Shown: positions 24,991 through 39,012 of the stretch, one piece after another | How the letters are laid out: every line of letters starts with the position of its first letter | How positions within the stretch are numbered: the first letter of the stretch is position 1 | NCBI GenBank assembly: GCA_951406725.2 | Contig: OX597839.1 | Coordinates: 14,880,001 to 14,944,000 of the forward strand | Direction: 5' to 3' | DNA length: 64,000 bases | Source: Octopus vulgaris | Taxonomy: Eukaryota | Program-made: the position numbers and the translations under genes | The notes under the pieces: model-generated | Databases searched by the model: none | What the model was told of the DNA's origin: nothing | Seen by the model: the letters and a program-made list of their open reading frames with translations, nothing else

Positions 24991-27375
24991 GAACCTTAAT
25001 GGGAATAATTTCTGATTGTCTGTCTGTCTGTCTGTCTAATCTAATCTAATCTAATCTAATCTATTCTAACAATACACGCATGTATAGCGCGCGCCGTGCT
25101 CCACTTATCTGTTTACATGTTGTTACCGTGTGTTTATTTTTATATCCGATAATGTAAATAAAGACATATCGGGCATGCCTATAACATGTCCTATAACATT
25201 GGTTTAACATACGAAGATGAATGAAATATTTTAAAACTGAAATAAGTACTAGGATTTGATGGATCCTTAGAGGTAGTGCTCCCACTATGACCTCAGTCCA
25301 AACACTGGCACTAAAAAAATAGTAAAAGATAAACTTAGTTTTCGGTCCTGGATGACTCCTATAGAGTAACTCCAGCTTTTGAATGGTTGAGAATATGAAG
25401 CACGTCTTTTTCTAGATAGGACGTCAGTCTTTCGAGAGTAACTTTCCTAGAAATTCTTGTGCTCATTGTCAGCTGTTAGATAGCTAGCCAGTAGCATGAT
25501 TTTAAAATTCGTTTCTCTTACAGCTTCGGTTTAACCAACGACTTGTGAGTAAAATTTAATTGACGGAAATTTTATGGTAGTCTGCTTTTAAGTAGTAGAT
25601 TTAATTCGTCATTCGGTTTAACATCAATGGTCTTTGGATGCATTTAGCAAAGATCACATATTATATCAAGCAATTCGGTTATGTCCCTGTTCTGATGACA
25701 ACTTCTCTTCTTTCCACCCAGCCTCATTAAACCCGAAAGTAAAAAGAAGGGGGCTAGGCATCGCTCTTCCTCTCCATGAAAAAAAATAAATAAAAGAATA
25801 TTCGCAGCATAACTTCCCATTTAATCCCTTCAGCAGATCTCAGGCCACATGTCTGCCTGTATGTATACATATGTGTGTGTGTGTATATATATGTGCTTAA
25901 TTAATTCATATTTAAAACACAACATCCCAAATGCCTCATCCCTTTTGCTGTTTCGTCCCTATGCATAATTTTTGAAAAGTTGATTAGGTTACTAATTGCA
26001 AATTACTGCTGGATACTATCTTAGCATTTTTGTCATTTAATTATCGACCAAAACTTTGTGAGTGAAATTTGGTACACAAAAATCGCATGCGTATCTGTCT
26101 TAAAGATCATTCCTGTTTTGGGGTGGAAGATTTAAGACATTGCATCGTGTCCTCATGACCCATGTTATCTTTAGTTGAATCTAGTCTGTTTCAAGCAATG
26201 GAGCCAAAAATCTGAGGATAATTTGTGGCTGCTAGTCTCGGAAACCTGGTAAAAAGATTGTTGGTGCTGCCATTTCTTCTTTGATTATGCCATAAAAATT
26301 AGCAGTACGAGCTAAACATGCTGGCAACTTTATCACTAAAAGCAGGTGAACTGAAATAATGTAAAATTTCCTTGATAGATCTGTTTGCAGTTGATTGGAA
26401 GTATGAATCATGAATTAGTAGTCCACTAAGTGTAGTAAACAGCTACAGAATACCTTAGGTAAGATTCGAAAGCGATTCGACGTTTTCCCTACGTTGTCAA
26501 ATAAGTTCTAGGCCTTTTGTCTTAGTCTTTTTGCACGGAGAAATTAATGAGAATGAACTGACCTCTCGAGTATTTTCGAGACATGCATCGATCAAAGCAG
26601 ATCAAGAGAAGAGAAATTTTTTTTTTTTAGCTTGACCTAATTCTATTGGCAGAAATATAAATACATAAGCAAAATTACTGTTACTACGTTGGTAATTCGG
26701 TGCCTACCCATGAGTAAGGCTGTTTTTCTCCTTCAGGTATGTTCTGTCGTGAGAGTGAGAACACAACTGTTACTCTATCCGCCTTGACTATTTACATCCC
26801 TTTTACTCTGTTTTTATCCGTAGCAGTCTGATGAAGCTACTATCATACAAAATGTATGTACACAAACTGTGTACATATACAAACAACTCGAAGTTGTATA
26901 TATCTTATATATTGTAACAATTAATAATATAATAACCAACTTAATAAATGGTCATCTGGATAATTAATATTGTTCTTCAATCATTTCTGTGAATCCCCAT
27001 ATTAAATTTTGTCGTTTGAGTAGCGAGGCAGCCTCCAAGTCCTTTCAGTTCACAAGAAAATCACTGAAATGTTGTTTCCGCGAATTATACTTCAAACAAT
27101 ACTGGTTATTTTCAATACTAGTATTAGAATGCCATAGTTTAAATTATAGAATCTTGCCAGGATCAGTTATCTTATCTAAGTGAGTATTAACAAATTTAAT
27201 GCAGTGAGTATAAAAATCAATTTATAGACAATTTTACGAAGCAGAAAAGATAATATTAATTCAATGATCAATATTGCTTTAATTGTTTCAGTAAATACAG
27301 GTAACAACAGTAAAGCATGTATTCCACTATGCTTACCGAAGTACTAATGACAGTGTCAAAAATTGACATATTAAA

Positions 27376-27575
27376 TTGGTATCGTTAGCATGCTGTGCAG
27401 AATGCTTAGCAATATTTGGACCGTTTTTACGTTCTGAATTCAAATTCGTCGAGGTTGACTTTGCTTTCATTCCTTAAGGGTTAATAAAATAAGTACCATT
27501 TGAGCACGGGGGTCGATGTAATCGACTTACCCGCTTCCCCGAAACTGCTGGCCATGTGCCAAAATTTGAAACTAA
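27376..27575 (+). mobile_element. SINE family B
   Basis: atcgttagca...gaatgcttagc...acgttctgaattcaaattc...gggtcgatgtaatcgacttac...ggccatgtgccaaaatttgaaac. Further degraded copies at ~28270-28400, ~28563-28700, ~39978-40165 and ~50495-50635. Confidence 0.85.
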
Positions 27576-30184
27576 AATAAAAAAAAATAAACATATTCGC
27601 CGAACCAAAGAGTAACCTTTTATGTTGTCACGCTACCTGCTTAAAATTAATAACAAAATTTTCGTCATAATTCACCGTATGATCTTAAAAAGGAACGATG
27701 CATTGGGCCATTATGTCTGTTTGATGAAGACATATTTGGAGCTAAACAAGAACGATCATTACTCAGACATACACAATCTGAGTGAAAAGCAGTAATTAAG
27801 TTTTAGTTAACAGAATCAAAGCAGAGGGCATAAAAAATATAATTAGAAACAACTAAATGTTCCTTGATATTTTTATTCTTGTTATTGATAAGAAATAAAA
27901 GCAAATTTAAGAATTTGTCTAAGTTTGAAGACAAATTCATAAAATATGCCCAAAATTGACCATATTTGCTTAATCTTTATCACAAGTTTCCTGGAATAAG
28001 ACCGTATTGCTAAATAACCTACAGTATCTGAGAAAATTAAGGTGATATTCGTTGGCTGTTAGTGAATATAAACAATGATGAATAGGAAAGGGATAACCTT
28101 TTGGACAAGTTCCCATTGTCAAAGGGTGATAATGAGGGATAGATTTTGGATAGTTAGAGAAAAATAAAAATAGTGAAGAATAAATGAGTATAGAGGGAGA
28201 TAGTATTGTAAACTGTTTTGTTTTTGTAGATGAGCTACTAAGAAAATCCCCTGCTTATTCTGATTTCAATTTCAACAGAGGTCGATTTGGGATTTCGTCC
28301 TTCTGGGGATTGACAAAAATAAGTACCAATGAGGTACTGTGGTCATCTTAATCGAATGTGCCCTCACCACAAACGTTTCTGTCCTTGTACTTAGAGATCG
28401 TTCTGTTATCACTGGAATAGAGAACAGAATACCTTGCGTTGGTTGTCCGGCATTTTTAAGTCGATTTTATGAGTGTCAGTTATTTTCTGTAGATGATAAA
28501 ATCAAATATTGACCTTTACCCGGAATTTGTGTATGACTTTAAGCCTATACAGTATTGATAAGACGGTAGAGTGGCAGAACGAGCGATTAAAAAAAATGCT
28601 CTGTAACATTGTCAAGTCACTTTACGTTTTGAATTCAAAATCAAAATAGAAGTCCACTTTGCCTCTGAACTTTACAGGATCGATAAAAAAATGTTCATAT
28701 ATTATGTCGGTTTAATTCACTATCTCCAATGCTTCCATGAGCCCCGTTTCCTTCTGTTGAAAATCCTTATCATGCATCTATAGAGGCAAGGATTTTGGCT
28801 CCACCAGCACTCATTCTAAGCAACGATTGTTATTTCCTTCAATGCTATCCTTTAACACTACAAAGGATAAATGGTTCTGCTCTTCTCTCAATTTCTTGAG
28901 TAGATGAAGATAATTGCGAATAAATAGTAGTTTCACTAAAGCAACCGATGAATTTTTTTTTCATTTAAGAGATAAATTCCATAAATGATGTCGACTTGAC
29001 CTCATTTCCGAATTCTTAACGATAACTTTACCTTCAGCTGCTTTGTTACAAACAGTGAACTTCCCATCTCTCCCTATTTCTTATCCCAGCCTGAAACGCC
29101 ATACACTTTCTAAAAATAGGATTCTTCACAACTTCCTCTGCTACGTGGAAAATGATGAATATAATACATTTTTTCATGTGAAAACAGTTAAGAAAAGCTG
29201 TGCCTAACGTACTATACGGTTCTGCTGCGCAAAAAAGCATTCTGCATCAAATGAAGTTTTAGTTATTCAGAAATATTTTGTACAGCGGAATAAAAGTTAT
29301 CAGCATAAAGTTACCTACAAGAATTTAGATAAAGCAACGTTCTTTTTAATAAGCATTTTAAAATTTGTTTTTGCATCTTAGACTTGATCATTCTATTTAT
29401 TAAATTTTATATCTAAACTGTACATAATATAGTTTTCGATTTTTTTTTTGTTTTAAAGGTGGTATTTCCTAATTTTTAATTAGTTTATTAGGTAAAATTT
29501 TAGAATAAATAAAATTTAAAATTTTTCCAATAAAACAAGAAAAAATCCTAGTCAGTGGGAAATGTCAATTTTTTTCTTTACATAAAATGCCATTCCTTCC
29601 AGGATTTAACAAAAAGCCATTGTCTCATTAGCTTATTGGGTAGTGTTAAAGTTATGGGAAGTTATTAATGACAAATTTGTGGATTTATTTTTACAAAAAA
29701 ATGTACTGTAATGCATTTAGATTACAATAATCATTTGTATAAAACCTTTATTTAGATGACACCGTTATTTCATTTGATAAAGTAGTTTTAGGTCTTGGAA
29801 TTACATCCACAAATGATCTGAAAATGTCTGCCCATTCTTAAAGTCGTCAAAAAAGGAGGGGTCTGTAGAATCTTTTTACCCAAACTACAATATATTACAC
29901 AAGTTTGGTCCCCTTCACCCCAACCATCTCTTAAAAAGTATACATTTAATAGTGCAGATTTAGAAATACTTCAGGATTAATTGGAATTTTAAAAAACTGT
30001 ATAGAATAAAAGTGTATAAAAAAACTTTTGTGCACACATCTCATCAAAGATATAGTTGAACAAACAGACTGATCTATCTTTGTTACATACATTAATTTCG
30101 ATTGATTTATTTCTGGTTCCACATATCTTTCTCTTGTTTTGATCGGACATGTTTTTTCATAATCATCCTAAAATTTCATGTCTA

Positions 30185-30340
30185 GGCAGAGGAATGGCTG
30201 TGGTAAGAAGTTTACTTCCCAACCACATGGTCTTGGCTTCAGTTTTGCTTCTTGGGCAAGTGTCTTCTACTAGAGCCTGGGACCGACGAAAGTCTTGTAA
30301 GTGGATTTTGTAAACAGAAAAGGAAAACAGCCTGTCGTCC
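30185..30340 (+). mobile_element. SINE family A, 5' half
   Basis: ggaatggctgtggtaagaagtttacttcccaaccacatgg...cttgggcaagtgtcttctacta...gtggattttgtaaacagaaa. Confidence 0.85.
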
Positions 30341-30654
30341 GGCGAAAGAATGTGTATGGTGAACGCGTCTGAAAGGTCTAGAAACACACTTTCCTCTCTG
30401 GTCAATTTCTCGAAGAGGAAGATGAGAGTAGAGAGGGAAGTTTTGTCTAGTGAATGTTTCAAAAAAGATGGGTGAATGTAGCAAGGAGGGCACGTGTGAA
30501 TAACGGAGCCAGCTTGAGCATAATCCTATGAATCAAAAACAGAAAGGAAAAAAGAGAGTCACTTACTGTAATGTGATTTTTTTGCATGACATTATTGCCC
30601 AAGGTTACCATGGTCTTTTCCGTAGGCTTTTCTGCCTTACAAAAATAGAAGTTC

Positions 30655-31965
30655 TAGTCACATTAGAACAACATATAAGTGTACTTCTTATGGGAGACTT
30701 CAATCTTCCCAGTGTCAGATGGCCCGAGGGCCTTTCTCTCCCAGGAATGACACAATGCGAACAAGGACAAGTGAAGTCCCCCTGAACCTCATCAACACTT
30801 TGTACATTGAACAACCAACCAGGGCAGATAGCATACTGGATCTCTGCTTCACAAAGAATATAGATCTCATCCATAATGTGAAAGTGACACCGACGCTGCT
30901 CTCGGATCACAACATGGTAGAGCTGACCATGTGCGGACCAAAGGAAAGCATGAACATGCAGCCTACAAGAAACGCTCAGAATCTTTCCAGCTTGAACTTC
31001 CAGAAGACAAACTGGAAACAAATTGAGAAAAAGATCCTCAAACAAAACTGGCCTAAATGTCTCTCCTCATCGGACATCGACATGAAACTTCAACAATTCA
31101 TGTCTGTAATGCAAGCCATATGCTACAAATGTGTCCCGGAGGGAAAGGCCACTATACACAAGAACAAAATCCCCAAGGAGAGGAAAATTCTTATGAGACG
31201 GCGTACAAAAGTTTTAAATCGCCTAAACAAAGACATTGAAAGCAGTGAAAAGTCCCACCTGAAAATACCACTGCTGGGAATTGAAAAAATCTGCAACTCT
31301 CCCATGAAAAAGAAAGAGCAGACAAAGAAGCCTAAGCTATAGACAATATAAAATCTAACTCCAGAGCTTTCTTCAAGTTTGCCAAAGACACAGCTTCGGT
31401 GCACTGCAGGATAGGGCCACTCCTTGAAAAAGATGGTACACTCACAGGAAATCCAATGAGGATAAGTGAAATCTTAAATGTGCAATACAAAAGTACTTTC
31501 ACGCCAATCCTTGGGCACTTTCAAGTCAGCAATCCAACTGACTTCTTTACCACTGCAGATATAAAAACAGAGGCAATGATGATCGATTACATCAATATAA
31601 AGGAAGACGATGTAATAAGGGCTATAGATGAAATGAACCCAAACTCAGCTATTGGCCCTGATGGATTCCCAGCAATCCTTCTAAAAGTATGTAAGCGAGT
31701 CCTAGGAAGACCACCGCAGTCCCTCTTTCAGAGCTTCCTTGCAACTAGCAAACTTCCAAGAAAACTGAAGGAGGGTAAAATGTGCCCTATTCATAAAGGA
31801 GGTAGCAGAGCAGAGGCCAAGAACTACAGACCTATCTCTCTGACCTCAAACATCAGCAAGGTCATGGAACGAATAGTCAGAAGAAAACTAATCACTTTCC
31901 TTGAAGAAAATGACTTGCTGCCTGACACTCAGCATGGTTTCCGACCAGGATGAAGCTGCTTGACT
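30655..31965 (+). mobile_element. CR1-group LINE ORF2 fragment (endonuclease end to RT start)
   Basis: LLMGDFNLPSVRW, PTR..SILDLCFT, LSDHNMV, SAIGPDGFP, PIHKGG...NYRPISLTSNISKVMERIV, QHGFRPG*SC. Frameshifted; truncated at both ends. Confidence 0.9.
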
Positions 31966-32409
31966 ATTATATATTACATTTCAGTTATTCTATTACGAAA
32001 AATTTCATTAATATTCATTTATAGCTAATTTTGAACAAAAAATATGATACCTAAAAACTTTATTTTTAAAAATACACTACCTATTGAATCTGATAAATGG
32101 AACATAATATCGGAATATATTTGATCTGTCTATATTTCTTTAAACGTTTTAACATATTAAATTATGCGTAAACTAATTTTCAAATTATCTATCGTTATTA
32201 TTTAAAAACTTTACCTACGTATTTCCTACATTACTTTATATAGTTATAAACTTAGTAATTCCATACTAACTCTTACATAATTATGTATTAATAAGATTTT
32301 CAATGTTTGTGAGATTTTATTAAAACTAGTAAAATAGTGTAGCTTTGTGAACTTTTCAATTAATATCTTTATCTCTAATTTATTCACTTTCCTTCAAATT
32401 TATTACGTA

Positions 32410-32793
32410 CGAGGGTGAATCAAAAAGTAATGCCATTTGTTGACTGTTCTTTGAGCCACTTCTTCACTGCAGTTTTCACTTTCTCGTCACTGGACTATCA
32501 TCATTTCGGCCCCATGAAAGAGGGCTTGAGAGGCAAACATTATTCCAGTGACGAGGAAGTGAAAACTGTAGTGAAGAAGTGGCTCAAAGAAAAGTCAACA
32601 GAATTTTACGGGGCAGGGATACATGCTCTCATTCGAAGGTGGAACATTGCTATTGAGAGAAACGGTGACTATGTTGAGAAGTAGGGATGTGATCCACAGA
32701 GGACCTGCTTCATTTTGATGTATGATACATGTTCCTGTGTTGGTAATTATACCTGTCCTAAACAAAATGGCATTACCTTTTGACCCACCCTCG
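32410..32793 (+). mobile_element. Mariner-derived miniature element with both TIRs and TA TSD
   Basis: ta|cgagggtgaatcaaaaagtaatgccattt ... aaatggcattaccttttgacccaccctcg|ta. Retains the transposase C-terminus DYHHFGPMKEGLRGKHYSSDEEVK...FYGAGIHALIRRW. Confidence 0.92.
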
Positions 32794-32898
32794 TATGTAT
32801 GTATGTATATATATTAAAGCCGTAAATATATATATTTAAAGTTAATTTATGTAAATCGGTTTAAGGGGATTTGGCTGCCTTTTGAGCTAGTCGAATGA

Positions 32899-35098
32899 TC
32901 ACGTTAGTGAGAACGATGAAATTACTTTTTTCTTTCTTTTTTTTTTTTTTGAAGTTTTAAGAATATGTGTGAAGCACTTTCTTTTCAATTGTGTAACAAA
33001 TAAATGAAGCATCGATTCAAAACTTTTGATATGAGAAAGCAAACTGGTTACTAGCTGATTGGAGCCTTGTAGTTTTATGTTCAAATTATTTAAATGACTA
33101 GTTATATCTACAAAAAATGCTAAATCAATTTGAAAATTTTTGTCTTCCAGTTCTAAAATAGGAACACTTTTAATATCCATAAAAGTTTTCACTTCTTCCT
33201 TCAGTTCATAAAATCCCTTAAGCATTTTGGGCCTTACTTAACCTCTTAACTTCACAATGGTACAATAAATCCTCATATTCGGCTTTAAATTCCCTAGTAT
33301 TCAATCCTTTGCTTTTTTATCAAATTAACGGCCTCAGTTACAACTTTCATTACGTTGCCCATCTTGAGAGATTTTGCACTTAAACTTTCCATATGAATAA
33401 AGCAGTGACACACAGCTTTCGGATCCAAAAGACGCTTCTTAAATCTATTCTTAATCTGAGCTACGAACCCTTTTTCATGACCTACCATAGATGGCGTGCC
33501 ATCTGTAGCAAGACCACTCATTTTTTCATATGGTAAATCAAAATCTTTCAAGGCTGAGTTGATCAGTTGTTCTATGCATTGATTTCAAGGCAAGAAATTC
33601 TTCCCAAATGTTGAATTTTGCAGTTATTGCCTGTATAAATATTACCATCTGAGCAGTATTTAGACAGGTCAGTTGTCTTATCAATAGCTAATGAATACAA
33701 CATGAATTCTGCTGAATCAGATTTTTAGAGAATTTTGAATGTCATTAGCAATATCTTTAATACGATCAAAAACAGTTCTTCTTGATAAGTTAATATTTCC
33801 AAACAAATTAAGTTTTTCTGGGCATATATTTTCAACAGCAATAAGGTTACATTCTTTCACGAATTCACCATTGTTATGTGGCTTGAGTATTTTTAGAAAT
33901 ATATTTGTATACCGTATAACTAGCTCGAGCAATTGATTAACTTTCAAGAAAGCTTGTCTTTTGGTCAGATTTTCGTTCAGAGAGGCTATCTTGTCAAAAC
34001 GTTGAGATTCTTTTAAATTTCCATAGGTCTTATGCTTACTCACAAAATGCCTCTTTATATTATATTTTTTATGAACGGCTACTTGTTCTTTGCAAATAAA
34101 ACAAATGCATTTGTTATCTATTTCAATAAAAAAAATATAGCTCAGCCCACCAGCACTTCTTTTTATAGGATTTTTATAACCGCTTGCCATATTAATAAGG
34201 GTATTGAAAAATTGATTTAACAAAGTTATAAACTGGTTAAATTTATATTATCGCTTTCGGAATTTTTGTTATTACCGCTGCCTGGAAAAAACAATAGCCA
34301 ACTGGCTCGTAGTCGTGCATGCATTTTTGTGTTGTAAAAATGGTAAAAAATAAAAATCTGCAAAAAAATTAAGATATCCTTTGGTTCTGCAAGGTTTAAC
34401 TTGATTTATGTATAATCCTGTTCACAAGCACCAAGTTAGTAGTTTCTGTTTCGATGAAGCTTTACTAATTTGTTTTTGATTTTTAATAGATTTAAAAATA
34501 TTTTTGCCTATCGATTGACAGAAAGAGGGTGAGTGTCGATTTCGGAGATTCTTTTCGAGTCTGACCGTTTTAAGTCGTAGTGGAAACCTGATCTATGTCG
34601 CAAATCAGTATATGAGTATTGTATAAATTTTATAATTGAAAAATTTACTTTATTTTGTACATACGTAGGAGTGGCTGTGTGGTAAGTAGCTTGCTTACGA
34701 ACCACATGGTTCCGGGTTCAGTCCCACTGCGTGGCACCTTGGGCAAGTGTCTTCTCCTCGGGCCGACCAAAGCTTTGTGAGTGGATTTGGTAGACGGAAA
34801 CTGAAAGAAGCCCGTCGTATATATGTATATATATGTGTATGTGTGTGTATATGTTTGTGTGTCTGTGTTTGTCCCCCCCAACATCACTTGACAACCGATG
34901 TTGGTGTGTTTACGTCCCCGTAACTTAGCGGTTCGGCAAAAGAGACCGATAGAATAAGTCGTGGGAGTCGATTTGCTCGACTTAAGGCGGTGCTCGAGCA
35001 TGGCCACAGTCAAATGACTGAAACAAGTAAAAGAGTAAGAGATACGAGTATATCAGCCTACGGGCGCAATTGCTCCCGCGGGCGGGGGTTTCCCCATT
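32899..35098 (-). mobile_element. hAT Buster/SPIN-like (GTF2IRD2-like) transposon remnant with nested SINE
   Basis: ORFs 33717-34223 (CFICKEQVAVHKKYNIKRHF..KH, GEFVKEC, INLSRRTV), 33294-33551 (TDGTPSMVG, HCFIH) and 32899-33225 (DLAFFVDITSHLNNLNIKLQG). GC-rich terminal-like gctcccgcgggcgggggttcccca at ~35070-35097 (that boundary is tentative). Confidence 0.85.
34665..35040 (+). mobile_element. SINE family A, full-length young copy (octopus-type tRNA-derived SINE)
   Basis: ggagtggctgtgtggtaagtagcttgc (A box), ggttcagtccc (B box), ccttgggcaagtgtc core, internal (TA/TG) tract, tail gactgaaacaagtaaaagag. Confidence 0.92.
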
Positions 35099-37774
35099 AG
35101 AGCATTTAGTTATAAATTCTTCGGTTCTGAGATCATATTATGCCGAACCTATTTACTCGTATCCATTGGTAAGAAGTTAAGTAAATTTAAACATAAATAT
35201 ATAAATATCCATTCATACACTAAGTGTATTTATAAATGTAATATAACTGTAGAATCTCTTCTCTTTTCTATTTTTGTTGTTCTACTTCCTTTGGCTTGAA
35301 TGTTACATTTTATAATCACTCATTTATAATATATCAATAAGCTTTCCTATTTAAATGAAATTAATATTGTCAGTCATAAATTAATTTATGATAACCAGAA
35401 GTAAGGTTCTTACGTACGGTATTTATAACACAGTTTCTGCATTTTGGTTTCACTTTCATGATCACTTATATTTATCTTATTTTCGTGGACTTTTAAACTG
35501 TGTTTGATTCCTGAAATTGATTTCTCACATAAGGATTCAAATTTATGGGAAAGAAGATCTAAGATTAGATAAATTCACACTTGATCACTAAATTGGTTTA
35601 GTTTTCACATAGGAATTACAGAGTATAAACCAGCCAGGGAATCCTCGTAGTCACTTGACTGGATCTAGGGGTGTGATATGCAGGAGATTTGTACATAGGC
35701 CAAGTATACAGTAAAGCAGATTATCGAAGAATAAGCAGATGACAACTTTTCACCTAGCAGTTCTCCGTTTAACAAATACATTTAATTCTCAAACGACTGA
35801 GAATATCAATGATCAAGGTCGTAGGATTACGATAAACAACCTGAAGACTTTCAGTAGCTGAATTCATACGGAGTTACATTTTCAAGGTGGCGTTTCAATT
35901 TGGGGATTATATTTAAAATAGTTTTACGTATTGCTTCTGTGTTTCTTTTGTTGTTATCTATCCAACAATATAACATTAACCTTAACCCTAATTCCCCCCT
36001 GCTAACTGCATGTGTTTTTGAACTTTTATATACTCCAGGATATAAAAAAAATCTTCCGTGATTTTTGCACTTAGTCGTCATCCAACCCTAACGAAGATAT
36101 TTAGGTACTTACCCTTGACTGCTTTCATTTTTTTTCGCTTGGTTTCGTTGAACGCAAAAAGATTTCAGAAGTAAGAAGGAGGAATGACATTTAAAAGTAC
36201 GCGATTTTATTTTACTTTTTCATCATTTTTCTTCGTAAATTATCGTCATCTTTTAGAGAAACCTATATTTATGAAAAGAAATTCTTGCTATATCACTTCT
36301 TTTTATATGTTTTCTTTTGTCAACGTTTTTTTTTTTATTCATCTGGAGTCGAAAAAAATAATACCAGTACAATCTTTTACCTGAAACACTTGAGAATTTT
36401 TTTTTTTACATTGGAAGTGGTAGTAAATCTTAAATTGCAAGTCTAGATTCCCTGGAATCTTTCAAATTTGATAACAAAATTCTGTTTTCCATATATCTCG
36501 ATGGCAAGTTGAACTTAAGTTTTGAGCTCATAGGGATACCATTAAAGTGAATTGGTAGAACCTAGTGAACAATTTTACAAACTTACCATAATTATGGTGA
36601 AAATATCACTTGGTAAGCTCAGGATAATGTAAAAATATATAAAACAAGACATTTATGTATTACACGATACATATACACAGCCTAGCGAAAGTTTTGCACA
36701 ATATTGTTCATTTGCGTTATGAATATTGATAGTGAAGAGGATCGATAAAACTCCAAAAATATAGTTTATTTTTACCATAATAAACTGGTAAATGAAGTGA
36801 GATAAGATAGACCATACAGTTTCTAGTGTACTTATAATTTTAAAAATAAAACTTTCAGTAAAACTGGCGCCAGACGCCAAATGACGTGTTAAAAAACTTT
36901 CTGACTTTTCAGTCTTCTGAATTTGGATAAGATATTATGTAACACGCAGCATAGTTCTTTAGTTTTAAAATCACGGCAAATTCCATGCTGGAGCACTGCT
37001 ACTCAGTAACTGTAGTTATGTTAAATTAGTTTATTTATTTTCTTCTAAATATTGAGTTACTCAAAGATTTAATATCTATTTCTTCTCCCCTACCCCTTCA
37101 CCCACTTTCTGCTTTTTTATAATCTGACAGAACAATGCTCACATACGGGAAAAATAGTTCAGATAAGACAAATAGACAAGGATGGGTGCTAATAACTTTT
37201 ACCTCTTTTTATATCAAACTACATTCTATATGACCGTTACATATTATAGAAGCGGACACCTTTGAATACATAACATTCAGAAGTTATCCAGATTTGGAAT
37301 AACCGTATTTGTCAAATTTACTGTTTCTCAAAAGTTTATTTGAAATAGATTTCAAAGTTTATACAGAACGCTTAAATTGTCATGCTGAAGTTATTAAAAG
37401 AAGTGTCTTGTAGCTGAGGAGCCAAGTGATTTGCATAAGTTACTTTATCAAGATGAATACTGTCCTGATGTCATATGGGTCGCATATCTTTAGTATCTTT
37501 TCCCATAGGGTAGACAGACTGTGGTCAGTTTATGGGTTTCATCCTCTCTTCTCTTCATAATTGGAGTGGATAGTATGTTTTTGGGGGTAGTTGTTGCTTA
37601 GCTTGATCATTTCTTCGTGGTGTGCATCATGAGAAGTAACATCAATCCAACAAATATTACCAAAATGATGTAAATTGACAAGTTTATTCTTGAATCTGTA
37701 GAAGACACACGAAATGTCGAAATATTGTTAATTTGATAACAGTCGCACTTCTCTATAATAATAATAATAATAAT

Positions 37775-38812
37775 AGATACCTACCAGATTGATCAGGCTT
37801 ATAGATACTTAACAGATTGATCGCTGAAGGAAATGCGCCAACTGCTGCTGCAAAGAATATAAAATTGATTGCAAAGACAATAGCGCATGAAAAATTAGCT
37901 AGCAGATGGGAACAGAAACCTCTGCATGGCAAGTATGTGGCCCGTAGCAAACAAGCTGATGTCAACCAGAAACACACGCACCACTGGTTACGAAGCTCAG
38001 GGCTAAAAGCGGAGAGTGAAGGTTTCATATTAGCTGCTCAAGACCAAAGCTTATTAACCCGGAACTACCAAGCCAATGTGATAAAAAAAATGGAGCTGAC
38101 CCAAAATGCCGATTCTGTAACGATGAGATTGAAACAATAGACCACCTAATCTCAGGGTGTTGAGTCTTAGCACCTGTAGAATATAAAGCAAGACATGACA
38201 GAGTCGGCCAGTATTTATACTGGACAATATGCCGGCATTATAAAATCAAAACCGCTGACAAATGGTATAAACACCATCCTGAAGCTGTGACTGAGTGAGA
38301 AAATGTGTCGATTCTATGGGACTTCTCCGTACATACCGACAAAACTATAAAAGCTAATAAACCGGATATTATCATAAAAGATCAGACAAAAAGAATGTGT
38401 TTATTAATTGACACAATATAGCGGCGAAAGAATTTGGCAAGATTAGTTAATATAAAGACTTGCTAATAGAAATTGAAAAAATGAGGCATCCTCAAGGGGA
38501 CTACAGTACCAGTGATCGTAGGATCTGCAGGAATGATATAAAAAGGTACTGAAGCCTATTTGAAAATGATACCAGGCTTACCATCCCTACAGGAAGTGCA
38601 AAAAATCGTGTTAACTGGAACGGCTTATGTACTGAGAAGAGCATTATCACTGTGAAAACAACATCCATTCATGAATTTATTTATTAATTTTTTAAATACA
38701 TATTTTACCTGTGAATTTGCGTGTGTAATCTGGGAATGCATACAATGAGCTTCTCTGCCCTAGGTGTACGGAAGACACTCGGCGAGAAACGGAAGAAAAT
38801 TTGAAGAAAGAA
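37775..38812 (+). mobile_element. R4/Dong-clade RLE retrotransposon, 5'-truncated, inserted in (TAA)n
   Basis: KPLHGKY..WL..GLKAESEGFILAAQDQSLLTRNY, CRFC..ETIDHLISGC, RHDRV, WDF...NKPDII (PD-D/ExK), PVIVG. (TAA)n on both flanks (37755-37776, 38815-38840). Confidence 0.92.
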
Positions 38813-38840
38813 GGAATAATAGTAATAATAATAATAATAA

Positions 38841-39012
38841 CATCGAAAACTTCCTAAAGAATGAGAATCCAGGTTCGAAATTTACCCGACACCTGAAGAA
38901 AGCGAGAGAGTATATCAGCCGAAACGTTCTGTTAACAACCAACAAGATGAGGACAAATATCCGTCAAATGTAAATAATTTACATACTTCCTCACCTCTCA
39001 AATATAGAACTC
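38841..39012 (+). mobile_element. Penelope-like terminal-repeat fragment with degenerate hammerhead (38889-38933)
   Basis: acac-CTGAAGA-...cagcc-GAAA-cgTT-ctgt with the palindromic AACGTT helix III typical of PLE minimal hammerheads. Confidence 0.55.

Noticed and set aside
29030-30060. AT-rich block that looks like a non-autonomous DNA transposon
   Set aside because: Could not identify TIRs, a TSD or coding motifs.
32899-34223. Possible domesticated GTF2IRD2-like host gene
   Set aside because: Multiple frameshifts and stops plus a missing C-terminus: a decayed transposase.
34665-34740. tRNA-like sequence with A and B boxes
   Set aside because: Head of a SINE; no complete cloverleaf, and it continues into the SINE body.
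36500-36893. piggyBac-like end (...ggcgccagacgccaaatgacgtgTTAA)
   Set aside because: No matching left TIR or transposase found; not enough support to list as a feature.
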